The translations under genes were made by a program, and so were the position numbers. 64,000 nucleotides of DNA, taken from positions 46,378,001 through 46,442,000 of the forward strand of contig NC_058368.1 of NCBI RefSeq assembly GCF_018350175.1, given 5' to 3'. The notes beneath the pieces are model-generated. The model saw only the letters and a list, made by a program, of their open reading frames with translations, was not told where the DNA came from and made no database searches. Source of the DNA: Felis catus. Taxonomy: Eukaryota. Numbering within the stretch: position 1 is the first letter of the stretch; the number at the start of each line of letters is the position of its first letter. Below are positions 1-11,130 of this stretch, one piece after another.

Positions 1-20
1 TTTTCAGGATTCTCACTAAC

Positions 21-140
21 TCATTTATTAATTTAATTCATTTACTGAGCAGCCACTGAATGCGATTCACTGCTCCAAATACTACTGGGGACTACAGAAG
101 GGATTCGGTCTGCCCTTGAGGTGTTCACAGATGACCAAGA
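21..140 (-). mobile_element. L2 LINE 3' end fragment (ancient)
   Basis: TCATTTATTAATTTAATTCATTTACTGAGC...CTGGGGACTACAG...CTGCCCTTGAGG resembles the reverse complement of the L2 3' terminus. Confidence 0.5.
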
Positions 141-566
141 AAGGAAAAAGATATTTTGGTGTTTATACATTTTGAGGATTTGGGAAGCAAAGTGGAAATG
201 TAGGGCTTATATGCACTGTATTCATGTATATGGCACTGTGGTTGTTATAATCGTACTAGAAATATATGTGACTTTTAGAAAGCACACAAAGATGAAATAA
301 GGAAAACTATTTACTGTTTTATAAAAATAAAGACAATGGCATGGAAAAGCTCAGAGAATTAAATTATCTCATTATGTTGTATTAGAGACGCATCTCCATT
401 TACTAGGTTACAGATATGAACAAAGCACTGTAGGTCAAGCGCATGCTCACTCAAGTGGGGAAGGTCTGCATAGAAAAGGAAACATTGGAAATGTAGATTA
501 ATGAAGGAAAATGACATTTTTGGCAGAGGCAACAACAGCAAGTTTGAATTTATAGAAGTGTGCATG

Positions 567-617
567 CTTTTTGGGGCACATACTTTTTGGGGCACACACA
601 CACAGCTTTTTGGGGCA
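567..617. repeat. Three copies of CTTTTTGGGGCA with short CA-rich linkers
   Basis: Copies at 567-578, 583-594 and 606-617. Confidence 0.85.
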
Positions 618-1084
618 AATACTTACAGCCAGTGCTTTTAAGGAAAAGTTGGGGGACTGAGAGCGGGGCATAAAAGGAGAGTCCAACACATTGCATTTAA
701 ATGTAATATTCATTCTCAATTCCAGAAGATTTAAAATTAAATCTAAATCAAGCTTAAAGAAAATGCCACTCAAATAAACCAGCCATCTCAAATTTATTTA
801 TTGGTTTACTCCTCAAATTAGTATAGTAAGGTATCATTTTTGTGAGTTAGCATTAATTGAGGGTCCTTCTAACCTAAAATCTACTGCACTTGTTTGAGGT
901 GTTATTTTCTTTTATGAAAAGAAACCATATGTGTTTGTATGCTAATGTGTGACAACCTACTATTTGGCCCATGGGTTTAAATATTTTCTCAGTAAAGACA
1001 AAAATCATTGGAAAAGCCCGCTACCAGCATCACTTCACCTCCTTCATTGTGATTTCACTGCCAGGCTCTTAACAGTTCACCCTG

Positions 1085-1318
1085 CGGTTTGGGCTACAGA
1101 CTTCGGCATCTGAACAGGATTCAGATCCTAGTTCAGCCATGTCAAAGTGCATGATCTTAGGGAAATGTTTGTCCCAGTTTCCTCCTAAATCAGGAGAAAA
1201 TCATCATTGTCCCTGCCTCCTTATTGCATTGTTATATTGAATGCCTTCACACATGTAATGCACACTGGCTTGTCCATGCATATAGTAAGTGCCCAGTAAA
1301 TTGTAGGCACTATTATTA
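1085..1318 (+). mobile_element. MIR SINE (degenerate)
   Basis: GGATTCAGATCCTAGTTCAGCCA...CAGTTTCCTC...TAGTAAGTGCCCAGTAAAT...TATTATT follows the MIR core and 3' end. Confidence 0.6.
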
Positions 1319-3665
1319 ACAGGAGTAGAATTGTTTTGTTGAAAGTGGAGGATAGAAATAAAGTTAAGTTAAACAGCTTCTATTAATAGGCGCTAACTGA
1401 AATTAGGTTTCATTGTACCATAGTCACTGGGGACTTGGAAAGACCTAAACCTGGAATCATGATATAACCGCTTTGGTAACTTTTTCTACTTAAAATTTAT
1501 TAATGTTTACTCTTCTACTCTATGAATTGTTTTTTTTTTGTGTGTGTGTTGTGAAAGCTGTATGGAAATAACTATTTATAAATGTTTACATCATAAATTT
1601 CCTCCTAAAATCATATTCAATTAAGTTCTGATTGAGATACCAATCTCGAAAGCCTATTTAAACCACTATGTACTTAGGAAATTGCATTTGCAGCCCTGTT
1701 TCAACTTGAACTATCTTCACCATATAGTTAAAGCAGAAAACCTATTTTCATAGCTCTACTTCCAACTCAACAGAGAATCTCCTGCAGCAGTAATGAAAAT
1801 TATGTGGGAGCCACACTCTCGAGCGCCAGAAATTTGCTAATTTTCCACATTTGTAAAAGAAAACAATCTTAGTACAAAGTTACCTCTGGTTATTCTCATA
1901 AATTATTCATCCTCAAATCAGGGTGACACTCATCCTTTTTAAGTGTCTTAGTCGAAGAGTTCTCCTTACTTGTATTTGGAGATCTCTCTTATTTATACCA
2001 GGATATAGCTCAAAACAAAGTACTTTCCTGAAACCCAAAACTCTATTGCTAAAATCCAAAAGATAAAAGAAGTCAAAACCTGAAAATATTGTTTTAATTT
2101 CAAGCTTCATACTGATGATATAAAGAGACATGAGCTTTCATTTCAAAAATGAGTTTTAACAGGATGACAGAACTTCAGTATTCACATATTTAAAACAATC
2201 CAATACCACTTCAGCCAAAATTGCTGAAATTCTCTGACCCACAAATTAGAGGCAAGCAAGTAGCTAAATCAAATGAATTAGGAGTAAAATTTCATTAAAT
2301 GTAATGTAATTTGGGCATTAAAGAGATTTATGAACTATGCAACCCGAATGGCAAAAATACTGTTAAACAATTCCTGGGCTTTCAGGGGTGGAAAAAGGAC
2401 ACCTTCTCCCCGGTTCTGAGCAGAAGCAACAGAAGAGAACTTTTGTGCCCCATCTACTCATGTACCGTCCTCAGAGTTTAACTGAAAAGAGAATTGGGCA
2501 AAGCCTTATGTGTTTGAGTTGGAAAGGTAGCGCAGGAAAGAGACATTAAGATCTGTCTCTCCAAGTGTGTATTCTTATGTGTGCATGGAAATAAAAGTGA
2601 TTTCAACTCCCCCCAAAAATATGACTTCTTACTTTCTATATTTAGATTCTTTTGAATCAGTAACTTTATTAACATGGAGACAGCTACATTCTCGTGAATT
2701 CCATACTAATTATGCTACTATTAAACATTTCCTTTGCGTGTATAACAAAAACAACTTTCAGGCTTTTTGTATTAATTCTTTATACACACAAACTCATTTA
2801 CACCTCAGGAAAATAGAGGATTGAGATCCAATGGGAGAATGTGTTTGGAATAATAAATATATAAAATATCTGAGGTGAAAAAGCAGAACAAGAACGTTTA
2901 CTATAATTTCCATTCTTGGTGTCAAATCATCATCACTGGCATGAAGGAGCTGGGCCAAATATCATATACCAATATCTCAATATTTTAATTTTTTATTTGA
3001 ATTTCCCAGAAAGGGAAATAATGGTTGTTTGCGTATTTGTCTCCAAGTATAATACAACTAAAAGATTCAGATATGCTTGATCACCATGCCCAGTGAGAAA
3101 GACAGTGAGGTTATAGAAAAAACTTAGATTTTTGAAATCAAAATGAGTGGATTCAGATCCTTCTAGGCACTAGCTTGACCAAGTCAAAACAACTTTCAGA
3201 ACCATAGGTCCTTTCTTCAAAATATTGCAAAGCATATGCAAAAGATATTCATTCACAAATAACATCCACATGAGCTAATTCAACTAACAAGTTTTTCCAG
3301 TTTTTCAAACTATATATGTCCAAACCTTGAGACATAGGCAGATATAGTTGGTTTAATAAAGCCTCTCCATGTGATTTTATTTTGTCTGCGTTTAAAAATG
3401 TAAGCCATAAAATGATGATCCAAGAAACCATGATATACAGAAAAAAAGCAAGGAAAAGCGAATAAAAATGAGGGATCCACTCTAGTTTTCCTCAAATACC
3501 TTAAGTACTTTCACATTCTGAGTGGTCATTGTGTATAATTCACACAAATATTTTTTAACCAAGTTTTCCACAGACGGAATTGAAATAACTAGTGGTTTTC
3601 AAGTTTATATTGACAAAAACATGTAAAGGAGACTCAAATCGAGAAAAGGGAATTAGACTAGAATT

Positions 3666-3782
3666 CAGTGTTCTCAAAACGAAGTTTTCATTGACATCCC
3701 TTGGAACTTTAAAAAAAATACCAATACACAGATCCTACTCTTAGAGATTATGATTGTGTTGGTTAGGAATAAATCTAAGGGT
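3666..3782. mobile_element. MER5-type (hAT-Charlie) DNA transposon, left part
   Basis: CAGTGTTCTCAAA...CTTTAAAAAAAATACCAATAC...AGAGATTATGATT resembles the MER5B start. The apparent remainder lies at ~5260-5315. Confidence 0.5.
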
Positions 3783-3784
3783 TG

Positions 3785-3785
<1 letters not shown>

Positions 3786-3829
<44 letters not shown>

Positions 3830-3838
3830 TGTGTGTGT
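3786..3838. repeat. (TG)n microsatellite
   Basis: Direct inspection. Confidence 0.95.
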
Positions 3839-3844
3839 TTTATA

Positions 3845-3993
3845 CCTCCTTGCCTTCTTCTATGTGCTGAAAAGCCAGTTATGTCTCCTGCTCCTGAAAG
3901 TCATGGCTTTAAGAAGAGGTCCAGGAGCACTCAGAAGCTGGTGCTTTAGCGAGTGTCTCTGGTATGTGTTGTGTATGGTCTGCTGTTGTGTCT
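3845..3993 (-). mobile_element. Probable inverted fragment from the 5' region of a carnivore L1
   Basis: TTGCCTTCTTCTATGTG...TTATGTCTCCTGCTCCTGAAAGT...GGCTTTAAGAAGAGGTC...CTGCTGTTGTGT matches my recollection of the antisense 5' region of L1_Carn-type elements. It abuts the sense L1 ORF2 piece. Confidence 0.45.
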
Positions 3994-5259
3994 TGGGACC
4001 TCATCAAGATAAAAAGCTTCTGCACAGCTAAGGAAATAATCAACAAAACTAAAAGGCAACCTATGGAATGTGAGAAGATATTTAAAAATGACATATCTGA
4101 TAAAGGGTTTGTATCCAAAATATATAAAGAACTTATAAAACTCAACACCCCCAAAACAAATAATCCAGTTATAAAACGGGCAAAGGGGCACGTGGGTGGC
4201 TCAGTTGGTTAAACGTCCAACTTCGGCTCATGTCATTATCTCACGTTCATGAGTTCGAGCCCCACATTGGGCAGCTCAGAGCCTGGAGCCTGCTTCAGAT
4301 TCTCTGTCTCCCTCTCTCTCTCTCTGTTCCTCCCCTGCTTGCGCTCTGTCTCTCTCTCTCAACAATAAATAAACATTAAAAAAATTTAAAAATAAAGTGG
4401 GCAAAGACCTGAATAGACATTTTTCCAAAGAAGGTATACAGATGGCCAAGAGACTCATGAAAAGATGCTCAACATCACCGATCATCAGGGGGATGCATAT
4501 CAAAACTACAATGAGATAACACCTCACATCTATCAGAATGGTTAAAATCAATAACACAAGAAACAACAGGTGTTGGCAAGGATGCAAAGAAAGGGAAACC
4601 CTCTTGCTCTGTTGGTGGGAATGCAAACTGGTGCATCCACTCTGGAAAACAGTATGGAGGTTCCTCAAAAAGTTAAAAATAGAACTACCCTGCAATCCAG
4701 CAACTGCACTACTAGGTATTTACCCAAAGGATACAAAAATACATATTCAAAGGGATACATGTATTCCTATGTTTATAGCAATATTATCTACAATAGCCAG
4801 ATTATAGAAACAGCCCAACAGTGTCCATCAGCTGATGAATGGATAAAGATGTGGTGTATGTATAAATGGACTATCACTCAGCCATAAAAAAAATGAAATC
4901 TTGTCATTTCCAATGGCGCGGATGTAACTAGAGAGTATTATGCTAAGCAAAATAAGTTAATCAGAGAAGACAAATACCATATAATTTCACTCATATGTGA
5001 AATTTATGAAACAAAACAAACGAGCGAGGGGAAAAAAAGAGAAGGAGGCAAACCAAGAAATAGATTGTTAACTATAGAGAACAAAGTGATGGTTACCAGA
5101 GGGGAGATGAGACGGAACAGGTAAAATAGCTGATGGGGATTAAAGAGTGCACTTGTGATGAGCACCAGAGATGTATGGAAGCATTGAATCACTATATTGT
5201 GCACCTGAAACTACAGTTAGACTGTGTGTTAACTGGAATTTAAATAAAAAACTTTAAAA
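3994..5259 (+). mobile_element. 5'-truncated carnivore L1 (ORF2 C-terminus and 3' UTR), interrupted by a CanSINE
   Basis: Peptides [23 protein letters not shown]... and ...[27 protein letters not shown]...LLGIYPK are typical of the L1 ORF2p C-terminus. The 3' UTR ends in TAAATAAAAA. Reading frames are disrupted. Confidence 0.93.
4185..4396 (+). mobile_element. CanSINE (felid SINEC_Fc-like) inserted in L1
   Basis: GGGGCACGTGGGTGGCTCAGTTGGTTAA head, (CT)n middle, A-rich tail. Flanked by AAAACGGGCAAA / AAAGTGGGCAAA (probable TSD). Short internal deletion. Confidence 0.93.
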
Positions 5260-6577
5260 CACCAAACCTACCTGGAAGATTCTACTGTGCAATTAGAATT
5301 AAAAAGCTCTAACCTAGCTAAACTATATATTAGTCCCTTTCATCCACGATTCCAGGAAAAGTACAATTTAAATAATCGTGTATGTGCCAAGGTAGGATTT
5401 ACCTTGTACCCTCTATTAACCCAATAAAATTCAGAGAATTAGTAGACAAATAACATCATGTTATTTTGTGGCACGTTTCTTCTGGAAATGGTTTGTTTAC
5501 ATACGGCCCTGACCCTGGGCAACTTTTTGCTAGCCTGAGGCAAGCTGGATAAGAATTTCTGGCGTCCGTGAAGAGGTGGTAAAATCTCCCAGGCACTATT
5601 AAAGTGATTAATACAGTTACGCCAGCTATCTATGCGAAAAAAAATATTCTTACAGTACAGAAATATTTTGTCTTTCTTCAACAGGAAAAATAATTGTGAG
5701 AAGAATATATTATTTTTGAATTATTTATGCTGCATTGCATAGTTACCTTTTAAATTGTCCTTCAACAGAGAACTATACAGTAATTTATCACTTAGATTTG
5801 CTTTCTGGATTTTATTTTTCTGTGTTTGTGTAGTAATTGAGTTGATATGTGAGTTTTATGCTTCAGATATAGAATGAAATAGGAAGTATGTTTTGATACT
5901 TTCACCCATTTTATGCTATTGGATGAATACCTCTAAGATCAGAATTTCCTTTATCCGTCTTTTTTTCTTCCTAAACAAACAAACAAAAAAGATCCTTACT
6001 TTGTTTTCAAGACTTTTGAGGACTTTTTTCTGATACAAATAAAGTAAGTGCCAAGTTAGTCCTCTGTTACCACTTCGGGATATTTCATGGTTTGTAGTCA
6101 AAAAGGGAAAGCTGTGGAAAATCACATTTCACATCTATGAAGCTAATGTAATAGCTTATCATATAGCATATTTTTAAAAAATACACAACAAACTACGTTG
6201 TCAGTTGCCAAAACACACTACTTCAACATTGGCTCTTTCACATATTTTGTGTATGTATTTAATATTCTTGTACATAATTTGTGTAATGCTAAACAATGAC
6301 ACACACTTAGCCAGATATTTAATAGAGCGAAGAGTCCCAAATTTAACATGAATCTAATATGAAAGGGATACTACTGGCTTATGCAAATATATTGACTAAT
6401 GGTTGTTTGGAGGCACAGTGAAATTGGACTCTCAGGCTATAAAAACCTGACAAGCTGGCTACAATGAGTAACTTGATTCTGTAAAGGTGGTATTATCTTT
6501 TTTAAAAGAGTGTTTTACACACTGGGAAAATTAACACAAAACCTCTATCATTTCAACATTTCCTCTAATAATTAAAT

Positions 6578-6604
6578 TGTGTGTGTGCGTGTGTGTGTGT
6601 GTGT
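6578..6604. repeat. (TG)n microsatellite
   Basis: Direct inspection. Confidence 0.85.
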
Positions 6605-7535
6605 ATCCAAACACGAATATTTCTTAAAATGTTTTCTAAATAAATACAAAACAAACTACACCATTGCAAGTCACTAAACTATCTGGCCAAATAGGAAACT
6701 GTTAAAATAAAAATCTGTGTGTGTTTTCTTTAATTACAAAGACCATATCTAATTTTAACTGCCTCCTTTTTTTTCTTAATAATGAGCTGACCTTCTATTC
6801 TCCTTAACCCTTTTTTATCAAAGCCATCTACACCCACTTTGCCTTCTGTTTCTCTAATCTGCAATTATTTATGTTTTCTTCATGCTGCTTTGTCCGCCAT
6901 GGGAGCAAAATTGTATTTGGTGAAATATAGAGCTAATTATACCATGAACCCAGCAACAAAAAGACAGAGCAGATGTTACTTCAGACGTGCTAAAAGTCCT
7001 CATGCTTAATGTGCATATAGTAAAACACTGAGCAGAGTCGTCAAAAACAATATCTAATCAAGGCAGTTTTAGACATGCAAATCTTTTTAACACCAGAGTT
7101 AAATGGAGAAATTCTGTCAATAATATTTTCAGTACTCACCATGTGCTTGCCAGAATAATTATATTAGGTAGTGATTTCTAATTAATATAATAAATGTGTG
7201 AGTCCACATTGTTTCTATCCCAGGGGGGTAGAAATCTAGGGAGGCAGAAATGGAGATCATATGCTGTGAGTTAATAATACAACGCACAATGTTTTCATTG
7301 AGAATGTGTTTCCATGATGCCAAAATAAGCAGCTTTAATATTTTTTTAAGTTAACCAATGAAACTTATTGTATTCTATGTTTTCTTTCCATTCACAGTGA
7401 ATCGTTTAAATTATCTAAGTGGGTATTGATTGACGAACGTTAAGATAAATTTCTCTTTGCTTAACATATTTCCATCTATGATTCAGTTTCATCTTTGTTT
7501 TGTATATATGTGGATCATGGCTCAATGGTTGCTTC

Positions 7536-7587
<52 letters not shown>

Positions 7588-7589
7588 TT
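7536..7589. repeat. (TTTC)n microsatellite
   Basis: Direct inspection. Confidence 0.95.
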
Positions 7590-8918
7590 GCAAAAGTGGA
7601 AAATGACTTTGAACATATTGGATTTAAGTCAATATTGCTTGTCATGAAGAAACTGATTTCCCTCATTGTGACCTGTATACAAATAGTAAATTACTTCAGG
7701 AAAATAGCAAAATGCTTATCATGCTGTGTAGTGACTAAAAACAATTCCAGCTACACTAGTTTGAAGCCACTGCAAGAGGGCAGTATTTTAATGACATGCT
7801 TTCTGCTGAAAGAAGTGTGCCTACACCACAGGGTGTAAAGCCCCTTCTGAGATCTAAAACTTAGTGGGCTCAGCACACCAAACCTCCCTCCTGGTGAGTG
7901 TTAAATGTGTGCATTGAGTGGCTGGGCTGGGCACTGCTTTCAATGTTTATTTTAGGAAAATAAAGCACCTCTCTGCAAAGCTGTGATTGTCACGCTAAAG
8001 AATTCCATCGTATTAAGAAGTGTATGACGTGATCACTTTTCTTTATTATATGCAAAGTCTAAAATAAAATAGTGTCAGTTTGTACAAATGACCACTTTTA
8101 AAACATTATATGTTGGCCAGTTATAAGTAGGATAAATGTTCTAACAACTAATATCGTAACCAATTACTTACTGAGAGAAATATATATTTGTATGTTGGAA
8201 ATATTACATTAGTCCAAAAATTATGTTATAATTAAACTAATTTACATGTCATATATGTGTGACATATTTAATATATAATATATATATACATTATGTACAT
8301 TATATGTATATTACACATACATATAATGCCTAATGTGGATAAAATTATGAACATTACAAGTGATTATTTATTATGAAAAAAAGTCTATTTGTATTTTCAA
8401 AAGAATGTGAAGTCTGAAAATGTTGATATTTCTATCAATGCTGAATAAAATTATTGAGACAATATGTCTACTTAGTCTCTTCCAGTTTAAGCCATTATGT
8501 CAGATATGAGGGCATTGATATGATACATTCACAAAAATTATCTAACATAATAAATATATTTTTAAAACTGTACTTATGAAATTTAATGTTACCATATTCA
8601 ATAAATAGTAAAATGCAATATAAAAGGACTTCATGTAATTTAACAATCTTCAGTGATTATTGACGTTTTTGAATCTTGTTTTCCAACTTGTTAATTTTTC
8701 ATTAATCCTATATTTCAAAAAGTACTTAAAACCTTGAATGCACAGTTACCATAAAAATAATGAATCAAGACACAAAAGATTAAGTTAAAAATGAACTAAA
8801 TATTCTAAAAGATGAAACAGGGTAAATCCTTCAACTTGCCACAGTGGATCTTAACTACTTGGATGTTCAAGAGGCCAAATGGAACCATCACAGATGGAAC
8901 ATAAACTGCAACGCTATT

Positions 8919-9127
8919 GGGGCACCTGGGTGGCTCAGTTGGTTGGACGTCCAACTGTGGCTCAGGTCATGATCTCGCGGTTTGTGGGTTCGAGCCCCTC
9001 GTCGGGCTCTGTGCTGACAGCTCAGAGCCTGGAGCCTGCTTCATATTCTGTGCCTCCCTCACCCTTTGCTCCTGCCCTGCTTACGCTCTCTTTCAATAAT
9101 AAACGAACATTAAAAAAAATTTTTTTT
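8919..9127 (+). mobile_element. CanSINE
   Basis: Standard head and body. Imperfect TSD AAACTGCAACGCTAT (8903-8917) / AAACCATAACGCTAT (9128-9142). Confidence 0.94.
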
Positions 9128-10087
9128 AAACCATAACGCTATCAAATTTGTCATCCACGTGCTCAGAAGAATGAACAATTTCTCATGAGGCCAAACTATT
9201 AAAAATTAGTTTTGAAAAGTAAACTATCCAAGCGCAGGGATTCTGGCTTTATACTTCCCAATAACTGGGGCCCTTTTAGGAATTAAGACTAATCAAGGTG
9301 ATAGAACTGAAACAGAAAAATGAAAACATATTTTGTCCCAGCTTGTCCTTGGTATCTAAATAGACACCATCTCAACCAGTAGATTATGAGGGTAAACTCC
9401 ATACTTTAAAGAACCCAGGTGCCAAATGGTAATGGAGCTATTCACTCTTTGGCCCCTCCTACATCAAAGGCACTGTCTTATCATCTCTAGCATCATATCC
9501 TGCTAATAAGTCAAAACAAAGGGGCTTTCAAAGGAGATACTTGGCCCACTAGCATTTTAATCAAAATAATAAACAGAAATACTTCCTTTGATCTCATTTC
9601 ATTTTTTTCTCCCATTGGCAAAGTAGTCTATAAACATACACATATATGAAGCAGTATTTATGCAAAATGGCTTTAATTCCAGAACCACTGTAGATGTAGC
9701 TTACTTTAATAAAATGCATTATATTGAAGTGTTTCCTAAGTAGTGGATTGATTTAAGACTTGATTAGATAAGACTCCTGATTTACATGGAACGTCTCAGA
9801 AAAAAAATCCATAGATCTCTATTCCTGTATATTAAAAGAAACTAATATTTTACATGTTTAATATATTTAGTTCACTGAATCAATAACCATATTTTTAAAA
9901 TACAGAACTTCTACTTCTTCCACATATTCTTTGTACCAGGGATATAGTCCCTCACTTGAATCATATATGATTTTAATGTAATAGGATGTCCATTCTTTAA
10001 ACAACAGGATTTTATTTTTAATACCAAAGGAAATAGTATGACTAATTTCTCTTCTGAAATCACAAGATCATTAATTAGAAATATTTT

Positions 10088-10300
10088 TTTAATTTTTTTT
10101 AATGTTTTTATTTTTGCGACAGAGAGAGACATAACATGAGCAGGGGAGGGCCAGAGAGAGAGGGAGACACAGAATCCGAAGCAGGCTCCAGGCTCTGAGC
10201 TGTCAGCACAGAGCCCGATGCGGGGTTCGAACCCACAGACTGTGAGATCATGACCTGAGCCGAAGTCGGATGCTTAATAGACGAGCCACCCAGGAGCCCC
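10088..10300 (-). mobile_element. CanSINE
   Basis: Reverse-complement SINE with TSD TAATTAGAAATATTTT (10072-10087 / 10302-10317). Confidence 0.95.
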
Positions 10301-11079
10301 ATAATTAGAAATATTTTCAAATTCAAGGATTTAAAACATTTGGTTTAGTGTGAACATGACATGAAATGAATTTTAAATAATATAGCTATTGACTATATTA
10401 AAAGTCATAAAATAATGTTTCATAGTGTAAATATTTAGAAACTGATTCCTTTCCACACAATAAAAATATAAATTCCTGTAAACATTTTAAGGCTTTACCA
10501 GAGAAATTTTTCCTACAAAAAAGCTGGCTCACAGTATTTTAACAGAGAGATTTATAGGACATGAAAAATTAAGATGTGATTCTCCCTGCTCATCAACTAA
10601 CTGAGTTATACTTCTGTTAATAACGAAACGACTGCAATGTCCCCTTTCTTCCTCATGCAGTCTAACAACAAGTATGGAGAAGGGGAGAAGTGAAGACACA
10701 CTGTCTCCCAGATCTTCACTCCGTATAAGCAAAAGTGATCGCCGAACATTGCTGATGAAGACGAGATACAATGTACCAAAGCAAACAATAACTTCTACTC
10801 TGTAGGGACTGTGGAAGACCTCATTGTGTTTGGTAGCACTTTGTAGCTATTCTCTGTTGGTCTGGCGGAAGTGACACACCTGTCGCTGAAGCCACATTAC
10901 TGTGACAGAATGATCAATAATGGTGTTCCTCTAACTTAGCACTCATTCCTTTGCTAGTTCACAGAGGTGCTAACTCTTCTCCTGTTGGTGTACATGATAT
11001 TGTATAGGATGACTACACTTGCAGTGATGCTTAATACATCACAGGCCTTATGACACTTACGTATATGCATATATACAGC

Positions 11080-11084
<5 letters not shown>

Positions 11085-11127
<43 letters not shown>
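11085..11127. repeat. (AG)n microsatellite
   Basis: Direct inspection. Confidence 0.95.

Positions 11128-11130
<3 letters not shown>

Noticed and set aside
567..617. Repeat-spacer pattern
   Set aside because: 12-bp repeats with 4- and 11-bp low-complexity linkers; explained by local slippage.
4276..4887. ORFs of 89-139 aa
   Set aside because: Sense and antisense frames of a decayed L1 plus SINE; not a host gene and not an intact retrotransposon.
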